Made by a program: the position numbers and the translations under genes. The notes under the pieces were generated by a model. It saw nothing but the letters and a program-made list of their open reading frames with translations, had not been told where the DNA came from and ran no database searches. This document shows, piece after piece, positions 34,430-41,684 of a DNA stretch of 41,684 nucleotides (position 1 is the first letter of the stretch; every line of letters starts with the position of its first letter). Source of the DNA: a virus. Lineage: Duplodnaviria; Heunggongvirae; Uroviricota; Caudoviricetes. The stretch lies in IMG/VR virus record IMGVR_UViG_3300037313_001331. One strand, 5' to 3'.

Positions 34430-35338
34430 TTATACGCGGGCCGTTTGCTTGCCAAGTGCCTTGAGCCCGGAAGCGATCTTCTCGATGGAAGTCTTGGACT
34501 TCCCACCGGTATCGCCACCAGCCTGGCGGGCACCCTTGTTGTTGGTATTGCTGCCGGAACCGGGGCGCACCTTGGAACGAATCAGGTGGTCCTTGTCCGG
34601 GTCGGCCTCGACGAGCTTGCGGAGCGCTTCGTCGAACGACAGCACGTTGCCAGCGGCATCGACCAGCTTGGTGCGTTCGCTTGCACCAGCGGGCTTGTCG
34701 AAACCGACGACCTTGCCATCGACGAACTCGAAGTGCGAGCCGTAGACCACTCGGGCCTTTGCCGGCGTCAGCGTGAGGTCCTCAGCCACGAACTTGGAAC
34801 CGGTGAAGGCGCTGCCCACCGTCATGTCCGCAATCTGCTGGCTCAGCGTCTTGGCCGCGGCCTTCGCGGCTTCGATCTGCTGCTCCAGGGCACTCTTCTC
34901 GGCCGTGTGGCGTTCGCCCATCTGTTTCACCAGACGGTCGTATTCGCCACGCGCTTCGAGTCGCTTGTTCTCGGCTTCTTCTTGCTCCTTCAGGAGCGCG
35001 CGAATCTTGACCGGATCGATCCCCTCGAAGTCCTTGAGGCGAGCTTGCGCTTCGGCAGCTGCCTTCTCAGCCTTCTCGGCCTTCTCCTTCTGCTTCATCA
35101 CGTCCTTCAGCAGCGCCGCTTCCTTGTCGGACAGCGCGCTTCGGGCAGCTTCTGCCTCAGCTGCGGCCTTGTCGGCAGCCGCTTTGTCAGCTGCAGCTTT
35201 GTCAGCAGCGGCCTTCTCGGCTGCGGCTTTCGCTGCAGCGTCGTCACCACCACCTCCGCCACCGCCAGAGCCCTCGGTGCCGTCATTGGCAGGGCCCATC
35301 AGCTTGTGAAGATGCATCAGTCGTTGAATACGGGTCAT
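34430..35338 (-). CDS. Capsid scaffolding protein
   Basis: Charged coiled coil with KAAA(D/E) repeats, located between portal and capsid. Confidence 0.78.
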   Translation of the reverse strand: MTRIQRLMHLHKLMGPANDGTEGSGGGGGGGDDAAAKAAAEKAAADKAAADKAAADKAAAEAEAARSALSDKEAALLKDVMKQKEKAEKAEKAAAEAQARLKDFEGIDPVKIRALLKEQEEAENKRLEARGEYDRLVKQMGERHTAEKSALEQQIEAAKAAAKTLSQQIADMTVGSAFTGSKFVAEDLTLTPAKARVVYGSHFEFVDGKVVGFDKPAGASERTKLVDAAGNVLSFDEALRKLVEADPDKDHLIRSKVRPGSGSNTNNKGARQAGGDTGGKSKTSIEKIASGLKALGKQTARV

Positions 35339-35408
35339 TTTTCTTTCCTACGGCCAGTCGCTCGGCCTGGGTTGGTCATGTGCGGGCGCGGTCTCTTGGC
35401 CCACTCTT

Positions 35409-36944
35409 CTAGGCCGCCATTTCCTTGGCGGTTTTCTGTGTGCCGGCAGCCTTGACGGCGCCGGCCGGCTTCTTGCCGCCAGGTTCGGCGGAGAGACTGA
35501 CGAGTGCGTCAGCCGTCGGTGTCCACTTCTTGATCGCCTCGTCGAGCTTCTTGGCCAGCTCCTTCGAGGCGGCCGGGAACAGCTTGGCCGCGACCGACTT
35601 CATCTGCTCCTGACGGAACTCATCCGGGGCGCTCAGCAGGCTCAGGCGTGCGCCGATCTCGAACTCGTCGTAGAGGCCACGGGTGTCGAAGTCACGCGGG
35701 TAGACCACCAGGTCTTCGACGGCGGAAAGGCGCTCTTCTTCCCCTGCCCACAGGGCGACCATGCGGGCGAGGCGCTTCTCGGTCACCTCCAGCGCGTCGG
35801 CCTTGGCCGTCAACAGCGTGTTGACCTTCTCGAAGTCATAGGCCTTCGCCACGCCCGAGGCGTTGTCGATGCCGCCGCCGTTGTCTTCCTGGGTGCGCTC
35901 GCCGGCCAGGCCGACGGAGTGGTAGATCTCGTTGATGATCTTGCCGATGGCAGTCAGGATCAGCTGCGCCTGGCGCGGGTCCGGGCTCAGGTACTCGGGC
36001 TTGCCGCCGGCTTCGCCGTTGTAGAGGAACACCCGCTTGGTCGCCATGTCGACGACCTTCCCGTAGGCGTCCTCGCCGGGCAGCAGGCCCTGCGCCGGCA
36101 TGGCCAGCTGGCTGAAGGTCTGGTCCTGGATGATGGCGTCCAGGTTCGAGAGGTAGTTCGCGTTCGCGCGGTCCAGGTAGGCGATGTCGTCGATCAGGCC
36201 GGCGCTCTCGTAGGACTCCTCGCTGAAATTGTGATCGGCCTGTACCACCGGGACCTCGCCCAGGTAGTGGTTGCCCTCGTCGATCTGCACCACGCGCTTC
36301 TTGCCGCGGACCTCTTGCTCCTCGAAGAGGTACCAGGCCAGGCGCGTCCAGAGACGGTATCGGGGAATCCAGGCTCCGCTCGACTCATAGGGGTCTTCGT
36401 CGTCGCGCTTGAACTCGCGAATCAGCGCCCAATTCATCTCCCCCATGTCGTCGTAGGAGATGTCCAGCATGTCCTGCGGGCGCACGATGTAGGAGTAGAT
36501 CCGCACGTCGCCGGCCTTCTCGTCGGCGACAGTGATCGTCCCGCCCTCTTGGGCTGTCGAGTCCACCACCAGCCACACGCGGCCGTACTTGCTGGTCGCC
36601 GTGGAGATGCGCTTCGCGAAGGTCTCCATCGGAAGGCCGGTCAGCGTCGCGCGCTGCCAGAACGCCTGGACCGACGCAGGCGCATCCGTGGTCTTGCGTG
36701 CCACGGGCATCTTGAACAGGTACTTGTCGACCAGGTCCACCACCTGCTTCGTGTGGTTGAACCGGTAGGCGCGCGAGACGCGCTCGGCGTACTCGGTGTC
36801 GCCTTCCTTGATGTACCGGAAGATGTTGCCTGCGAACCATTCCCGGCCGCCCTCGTAGGTGGCCTCCAGGAAGTCCCAATGCGCAAGCCGGCCTTCGTAG
36901 GCTGGGTGGCGACGCTTGACGAGTTCTGCGAGCTTGTCTTTCAT
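35409..36944 (-). CDS. Portal protein
   Basis: 511 aa directly after terL. ATYEGG, YRFNHT and SGVAKAYDF motifs. Confidence 0.87.
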   Translation of the reverse strand: MKDKLAELVKRRHPAYEGRLAHWDFLEATYEGGREWFAGNIFRYIKEGDTEYAERVSRAYRFNHTKQVVDLVDKYLFKMPVARKTTDAPASVQAFWQRATLTGLPMETFAKRISTATSKYGRVWLVVDSTAQEGGTITVADEKAGDVRIYSYIVRPQDMLDISYDDMGEMNWALIREFKRDDEDPYESSGAWIPRYRLWTRLAWYLFEEQEVRGKKRVVQIDEGNHYLGEVPVVQADHNFSEESYESAGLIDDIAYLDRANANYLSNLDAIIQDQTFSQLAMPAQGLLPGEDAYGKVVDMATKRVFLYNGEAGGKPEYLSPDPRQAQLILTAIGKIINEIYHSVGLAGERTQEDNGGGIDNASGVAKAYDFEKVNTLLTAKADALEVTEKRLARMVALWAGEEERLSAVEDLVVYPRDFDTRGLYDEFEIGARLSLLSAPDEFRQEQMKSVAAKLFPAASKELAKKLDEAIKKWTPTADALVSLSAEPGGKKPAGAVKAAGTQKTAKEMAA

Positions 36945-36971
36945 TGTTCTTATAGGCAGACGTGCGGATTA

Positions 36972-36989
36972 TGTGTCAGTACTGACTGA
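36972..36989. promoter_or_regulatory. 18-bp palindromic motif, copy 12 (TGTGTCAG-TA-CTGACTGA)
   Basis: Intergenic between terL and portal. Confidence 0.85.
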
Positions 36990-36998
36990 TTCGCAAGG

Positions 36999-38339
36999 TC
37001 AAATGGACACACCCAGGACCTCGACCTTCCGGACCGGGAACTCGAACTCGATGCAGTAGCCTGCGGCGTCGGCCGCGTGCTCCACGCCGGCGCTCTTGTC
37101 CACGTCGCGGGTGCCGGGCACGTACAGGGTCTGTTCCAGGGCCTCGATCAGCTTCTTGCACCGCGGATCCACGTACATGCGAATGTCGCCATTGGCGGCC
37201 TTCAGCATGCGGTTCACGGCGTTCACGCGGTCGGCCACCTTCGGGTGCTTGCGGCGGTACTTCTGCTTCTTGAAGCCGCGGGCGCGAAAGATGTCCAGGT
37301 CCGACTCGCCGCGGCCCTTGGTTGAACCGTAGGCGCCGGCCGGGTCGGGATAGATCACGATCTGGTCGATGAACCGCCAGTAGCGACGCTCCAGCTCATC
37401 GCACAGCTCGTCCGTGTTCGACGCCGGCAGGCAGATCTCGTCGATGGCCCACAGCTCGCCATTGCGCTGCTTCTGGAACACCACCGAGGACATCGGGTCG
37501 ATGTTGAAGTCCTGACCGATCCAAATCGGCAGGTTCGGGTTGAATGCGAGCGGCTTCACGTGGACCTTGCGGTCGAACGTGTAGTACACCCGGCCGCTCA
37601 TGGTCTCGAACGAGGCCTCGAACTCCTGCTTGAACGACTTCTCGTCCATGTCGGCGCGGGCTGCCTCGATCTCGTGCTCGGGGATGAACGGCGACGTGAT
37701 CGTCGGGAACTGCCAGCTCTCCCAGGCGACCTTGTCCTCCTTCTGTCCGGTGGCCCACAGCTCGTAGAGGAAGTTGTACGCCTTGGGGGTGCCGATGAAC
37801 AGCGCGTGACCGCCGGTCGACGCGAGCGTCGGGCGCAGCACCTTCGTCCAGGCATCGGGGTCGATGTCCTGCACCTCGTCCATGACGAGGTAGTGGATGC
37901 CCACGCCCCGCAGCGAGTCGGGGTTGTCCGCGCCCTTCAGCTCGATCTTCGAGCCATTGACCAGCGTGATCGTTAGGATCGTCTCGTTGTACTTGCGCAC
38001 CCAGCGCCGCGGGATCGCCTCCACCAGCTCGGGCCACATGATCTGCTTGGCCATGCGGTAGCTCGGCGCCACGTACCAAATGAGGCGCTTGGGCACGCGA
38101 GCGAACTTGATCAAGCACACCTTCGCCAGCTGGGACTTGCCCCAGCGGCGGCCGGCGACCACGACCTTGAATCGCTTCTTGCTCGCGTACACCGCCATCT
38201 GCTTGGCGTGCAGGAACAGCGTGTTGCGCGGCGGCCGGAACGCCTCGCGGATCTCGTCGGAGGCAGTCGCGAGCGCGCTCGACACCGCGCCCGGGGTCAC
38301 CACGGGCTCGACAGTGCCCAGGCCGAGATCGAGGGACAC
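36999..38339 (-). CDS. Terminase large subunit
   Basis: Walker A VVAGRRWGKS, Walker B LVMDE, IGTPK, nuclease IGQDFN...HAADAAGY. Confidence 0.94.
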   Translation of the reverse strand: MSLDLGLGTVEPVVTPGAVSSALATASDEIREAFRPPRNTLFLHAKQMAVYASKKRFKVVVAGRRWGKSQLAKVCLIKFARVPKRLIWYVAPSYRMAKQIMWPELVEAIPRRWVRKYNETILTITLVNGSKIELKGADNPDSLRGVGIHYLVMDEVQDIDPDAWTKVLRPTLASTGGHALFIGTPKAYNFLYELWATGQKEDKVAWESWQFPTITSPFIPEHEIEAARADMDEKSFKQEFEASFETMSGRVYYTFDRKVHVKPLAFNPNLPIWIGQDFNIDPMSSVVFQKQRNGELWAIDEICLPASNTDELCDELERRYWRFIDQIVIYPDPAGAYGSTKGRGESDLDIFRARGFKKQKYRRKHPKVADRVNAVNRMLKAANGDIRMYVDPRCKKLIEALEQTLYVPGTRDVDKSAGVEHAADAAGYCIEFEFPVRKVEVLGVSI

Positions 38340-38984
38340 TTACACCCCCTCCTCGTCGAGCATGCCAGGATCGGCATCGAGCGCGAGCGAATCGTCGCTC
38401 TGGTCGCGCAGTTCGTTCACCTCGCCCTGCGTCAGCTCGCGCACGGTCAGCTCGGGCAGCTCCTCCATGTCCTTGTTCTTGTCGGCCTCTTCGACGCTCA
38501 GCAGGTCGTACAGCTCCTTCCGGGACGTGCCGATGATCTCGCCCGCCAGCTTCAGGGTCTGCATCGTCTCCTTCAGGCCGGCCAGGTCGAGACCGGCCTG
38601 ACGCGCACGGACGATCTCGGCCCACGCCAGCTTGGCGATGCCCGAACTCATCTTGAAGTACTCGTCCTTGGTGGCGGCGATCTTGGCCAGGTGCTCCTCG
38701 ACGCTCGACAGCGCCCGTGCCTCCGCCTTCTCGGCCATCTTCTTGGCAATCTCGGCCGCGGCCTCGCCCTTCTTGGCGCCCACCTTCTTGAACAGCCGGG
38801 AAAACGTCTCGGGCCGCTTCTTGAACTTCTTGGCCAGGTCCTCAAGGGTGCACTCGCCCGCGCGCCACATGGCGACGGCTTCGGCCTTCTGGGTGACGGT
38901 CAGCCCCTTCGAGCCGGGCTTGCGTCCACCGCGGGAACCTGGGGGCTTGGTCTTGGGGTCCGCGACAGCGGCTGGCGTGCTCAT
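38340..38984 (-). CDS. Putative terminase small subunit (N-terminal HTH)
   Basis: LTVTQKAEAVAMWRAGECTLEDLAKKF HTH. Directly abuts terL. Confidence 0.68.
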   Translation of the reverse strand: MSTPAAVADPKTKPPGSRGGRKPGSKGLTVTQKAEAVAMWRAGECTLEDLAKKFKKRPETFSRLFKKVGAKKGEAAAEIAKKMAEKAEARALSSVEEHLAKIAATKDEYFKMSSGIAKLAWAEIVRARQAGLDLAGLKETMQTLKLAGEIIGTSRKELYDLLSVEEADKNKDMEELPELTVRELTQGEVNELRDQSDDSLALDADPGMLDEEGV

Positions 38985-38995
38985 GCGTCCTCCCC

Positions 38996-39022
38996 AAAAA
39001 GGTGGCGGGCACCAGGCCCGCC
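38996..39022 (-). terminator. Intrinsic terminator-like hairpin just upstream of the terS RBS
   Basis: GGCGGGC-CTGGT-GCCCGCC-ACC-TTTTT on the minus strand. Confidence 0.55.
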
Positions 39023-39083
39023 GGTTTGGAGGACTTCACTTCGCAGGAGCAGGTTGGATTCTCCCCGCCCGGGGCCCAAAGAG

Positions 39084-39101
39084 TCAATCAGCGCTGACTT
39101 A
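39084..39101. promoter_or_regulatory. 18-bp palindromic motif, copy 13 (TCAATCAG-CG-CTGACTTA)
   Basis: In the noncoding leader of the packaging genes. Confidence 0.75.
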
Positions 39102-39198
39102 GCTTTCTGTGAGCGTCCGCTAACTTTTTCCCATTTGATCATTGATCTCTTCTCTTCTTTTTCTTCTTTTTGGAGGTGTATATATCTGGGAAACAGCA

Positions 39199-39272
39199 GA
39201 AAACGCTAACTCGTCGATTTCTTCTTTGAAATCATGCACTTACGAGCGATCCCGGGACGAGTTAGCGTTTTC
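39199..39272. repeat. Perfect 17-bp inverted repeat with 40-bp spacer containing an inner 6-bp hairpin
   Basis: GAAAACGCTAACTCGTC (39199-39215) and GACGAGTTAGCGTTTTC (39256-39272); GATTTC-N6-GAAATC at 39216-39233. Confidence 0.9.
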
Positions 39273-39669
39273 ACACTTTCAGGTCCCGAAAGGACGGAAT
39301 CTCCACCTCGAAAGTGCTTACAGGAAGCCCCGGGAGGACCGACTTTTCACCTTCCACCAGCTCAGCACGGGCTGAGTCGATGTCCCCTTTTTCGGGAGTC
39401 GGAACAGGCCCGCGGGGGTCCAGCGCCAGCATCCCGGCTGGCGTGATGCGGTAGCAGATTCGATGGCGCCCGCGCCGCATCACGGTCTCCGTCTTCTCCA
39501 GCACCTTCTTCGCGATGCAGGCCCGGATCGTGAACTGGGCGCTTTGCTTGGACGGCTGCCAGCTGAGTCGGTCCAGCAGCTGGTCGAAGTCGATGTGGCC
39601 TTCGCCCGCGGGATTGCCCGCCAGGGCGAGCCGGAGCACTTCAACCTGGTACGCGGTCAGTCCCCTCAT
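39271..39669 (-). CDS. Winged helix-turn-helix DNA-binding protein
   Basis: LTAYQVEVL...DFDQLLDRL...SAQFTIRACIAKKVLEK...YRITPAG fits a wHTH plus wing pattern. Confidence 0.75.
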   Translation of the reverse strand: MRGLTAYQVEVLRLALAGNPAGEGHIDFDQLLDRLSWQPSKQSAQFTIRACIAKKVLEKTETVMRRGRHRICYRITPAGMLALDPRGPVPTPEKGDIDSARAELVEGEKSVLPGLPVSTFEVEIPSFRDLKV

Positions 39670-40598
39670 TTCGGCACGCTCCAGACCCGCGCAAGGGGCT
39701 CCGTTGGGCCCTGTTCATCGAAAGCAAGCAGGGGCATGCTGTCGGGCAGCGGGCCCTTGTCGACGGCCAGCCAGACCCAGTAGACCGTTGCGGAGAAGAT
39801 CAGCTGCATCACCTCCTTCAGCACGTGCCCGATCTCCAGCCCGTCGATGCGGCTCATGCCCAAGTCGCGCTTGTCGCCGCTCTTCTCCATGGACGACCAG
39901 CGGTAGTAGAACTCCCGCAGCTTGCGTTCCAGGAACTGGCGCTCACCGTCGGGCTTGGTAGCCAGCTCGGCGGCGATGGCCACCACGTCGTAGGGCGAGG
40001 CCTTGAAGTGGCCGGCCAGGAACCGGATGCCCGCTTCGAGCGCGCCGGCGGTCTTGGGCTTGGTGAAGCGCATGCCGGCCTTGATCGAGAACGGATTGAA
40101 CCGGCCCATCGAGCTGACGCTTTCCACGACCTTGTAGCCGTGCTTGGCGCAGTACATGCGGTAGGCCAGGTTCTTGAACCGGTACGCGATCCCGCCCGAC
40201 CGATACATCGTGTCGAGCACCGTGCGGTTGTTCCAGGTCATGTTCGTGTTGATCCAGCGCATGCGCGTCTGGTTGACCAGCTTGTTGTCGCGGCCGTTGA
40301 CGTTGGGCTTCAGGTGCGGGAACACCTCGTTGCGGCCCTTGGACAGCGGCTGCGGGTTCGCGAAGACCATCACGCCGATCAGGCGCTCGGCCTGGCCGGG
40401 CTCGCGCAGCACGCAGCGCATGAAGCGGCTGCCTGCGGCCAGGCTGTGCCCCTTGTAGTGCAGCTCGCACAGGGCGACCCAGTCGGCCTTGCTGCCCCAC
40501 TCCACGAAGACGTGCTTGAGCAGCGACAGCTGGTGGCGGCCGGCGTCCGGCCGGCGCGTCACGCGGGTCTCGTTGTCGACGGCGGGGTCAAAGAGCAT
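39666..40598 (-). CDS. GNAT-fold protein, Mom-like putative nucleic-acid acyltransferase
   Basis: LCELHYK, LIGVMVFANP, acetyl-CoA motif RTVLDTMYRSGGIAYRF, then VESVSSMGRFNPF. Confidence 0.65.
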   Translation of the reverse strand: MLFDPAVDNETRVTRRPDAGRHQLSLLKHVFVEWGSKADWVALCELHYKGHSLAAGSRFMRCVLREPGQAERLIGVMVFANPQPLSKGRNEVFPHLKPNVNGRDNKLVNQTRMRWINTNMTWNNRTVLDTMYRSGGIAYRFKNLAYRMYCAKHGYKVVESVSSMGRFNPFSIKAGMRFTKPKTAGALEAGIRFLAGHFKASPYDVVAIAAELATKPDGERQFLERKLREFYYRWSSMEKSGDKRDLGMSRIDGLEIGHVLKEVMQLIFSATVYWVWLAVDKGPLPDSMPLLAFDEQGPTEPLARVWSVPK

Positions 40599-40782
40599 GG
40601 TTGATCGGCTCGTTGCAGACGGGGCAGTGGAAAGTGATGAAGTCGCCGTCTCGGTGGTCCCGCGTCACGGTGCCTTCCTTGCGAAGGAATTCGATCTTCG
40701 AGTCGCATTCACGGCAGCGGCACACGTACTTCTTCGAGCCGGGGTCGGGAGGGAGCTTCCCCTGGACGAGGACGGTTGCCAT
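40588..40782 (-). CDS. Small Zn-ribbon protein
   Basis: CRECDS...HCPVCN (two CxxC). Confidence 0.65.
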   Translation of the reverse strand: MATVLVQGKLPPDPGSKKYVCRCRECDSKIEFLRKEGTVTRDHRDGDFITFHCPVCNEPINHAL

Positions 40783-40783
40783 C

Positions 40784-41089
40784 TCACTTCTCCTGCCCGA
40801 AGCCCTGCGTCCGCAGGATGCGTTCGATCACCGCGGGCGGCTGCACGCCAGTCCACAGGATGCGCGGGCGCCCGTCGGCCATGCCAACGACGGTCGGCAC
40901 GGTGCGCACGCCGATTTCCTGAGCGGCTGCCAACTCGCCGGCGATGTTGATCTCGACCGGGGCGGCCTGGCCGATGCGTTCGCAGGCCTGGCGCAGCATC
41001 GGCTTCAGCGTCTTGCACGGGGCGCATGCGATGCCGTAGAACACGACGACGTGCTTGCCGGGCAGCTTCTGCAGCTCCTCGAAAGTCAT
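40784..41089 (-). CDS. Thioredoxin-like protein
   Basis: VVVFYGIACAPCKTLKP and GVRTVPT (cis-Pro) motifs. Confidence 0.85.
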   Translation of the reverse strand: MTFEELQKLPGKHVVVFYGIACAPCKTLKPMLRQACERIGQAAPVEINIAGELAAAQEIGVRTVPTVVGMADGRPRILWTGVQPPAVIERILRTQGFGQEK

Positions 41090-41280
41090 GAATGCTCCTT
41101 CACGCCGGTCACCGCAACGGTCGCCAGCTGGTTGCCCTGGACCTTGAAGTCGGCGGTCACGCCATCGACCCCGGCCGGGTGGATGTAGAACTGCACGCCA
41201 TCGCCGGTGACGGACGCGCGAATTGCGAAGTCGATGGGGCCGCGGGCCACCTCGTGACGCAGGTACTCTTCGAGCGTCAT
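41086..41280 (-). CDS. Small hypothetical protein
   Basis: 64 aa, overlapping the thioredoxin start by 4 bp and filling the gap. Confidence 0.55.
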   Translation of the reverse strand: MTLEEYLRHEVARGPIDFAIRASVTGDGVQFYIHPAGVDGVTADFKVQGNQLATVAVTGVKEHS

Positions 41281-41281
41281 G

Positions 41282-41684
41282 TCAGTCTTCCTCGAACGAA
41301 ATGGCGTCCCAGCCCCGGCCGCAATTCACCGACAGCTCGCTGGCGACCTCCACGGCCTTGTAGGCATCGAAGCCGAGGTGCATCGCCGCGTGCGCATAGT
41401 CCCGGCCGGACCCGTGCGCGTGGTAGGTCTCCTCGACCTCGACGGGATAGGGCCCACCCTCGTAGGAGAGGATCTTTCGCTCCGGCGTGATGACGAGCAT
41501 GTAGGACTCGCCGCCGCGTAGGCCGGCAGGTAGCGTTGCCGGGTCAGCGCCGTCCTCGAACCACTTCATGTATTCCAGCGCTGCCGAAGCACTGCCGCAC
41601 ACGCCCACCAGGTGCCCACGGATCTTCCGGACCTTCTTCATCGTGGTGACGTGACCGCCACTCACTGTCATGCGGTCCCCCACC
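41282..41684 (-). CDS. HslV/proteasome-beta-like (Ntn-fold) peptidase, N-terminus truncated by the window edge
   Basis: GDR...KKV..I...VGVCGS...HGSGRDYAHAAMHLG.DAYKAVEVA fits the Ntn-hydrolase pattern. The catalytic N-terminal Thr is not in the window. Confidence 0.6.
   Translation of the reverse strand, partial: VGDRMTVSGGHVTTMKKVRKIRGHLVGVCGSASAALEYMKWFEDGADPATLPAGLRGGESYMLVITPERKILSYEGGPYPVEVEETYHAHGSGRDYAHAAMHLGFDAYKAVEVASELSVNCGRGWDAISFEED

Larger units (their letters stand above)
1..41684 (-). mobile_element. Tailed phage (siphovirus-type) genome segment, probably SSU5/pHCM2-like phage-plasmid or prophage; both ends lie outside the window
   Basis: Contiguous terminase, portal, capsid, tail, lysis and replication modules, all co-oriented. 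No host housekeeping operon or attachment junction is visible. Confidence 0.92.

Noticed and set aside
35140-35275. KAAA(D/E) and poly-Gly repeats at the scaffold N-terminus
   Set aside because: Ordinary low-complexity coiled-coil coding sequence.
2051-39101. Palindrome copies as a CRISPR array or as terminators
   Set aside because: They are dispersed kilobases apart with no spacers or cas genes, and they lack U tracts. One copy sits beside a separate bona fide terminator.
1-41684. tRNA/rRNA genes, IS elements, integrase or att sites
   Set aside because: None recognisable, and the intergenic gaps are short and otherwise explained.

Overview
The whole window is one continuous, GC-rich, tailed (siphovirus-type) phage genome segment. 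Every gene but one is on the minus strand. Reading in the direction of transcription (right to left): HslV-like peptidase (partial), thioredoxin, Zn-ribbon protein, GNAT-fold protein, wHTH protein; terminase, portal, scaffold, capsid, neck, tail tube, frameshifted chaperones, tape measure, tail tip; lysis cassette with embedded Rz/Rz1; metallophosphoesterase; a detached fibre plus beta-helix module; phoH; then an Hfq-like gene, DnaB, primase, a WGR-like protein and an ATP-dependent ligase. From recall, the gene set and order resemble SSU5/pHCM2-type phage-plasmids, but here in a high-GC, probably betaproteobacterial host. No integrase, rep or par gene is in the window, so lifestyle is not shown. 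Most notable: (1) 13 copies of an 18-bp palindrome (TNNGTCAGYRCTGACNNA) at gene junctions across all modules; (2) an Hfq-like gene heading the replication genes; (3) a single plus-strand PEP-CTERM gene converging on a putative depolymerase gene; (4) a Mom-like GNAT gene; (5) a structured AT-rich leader before the packaging genes. All product calls come from motif recognition by eye, with no database searches.
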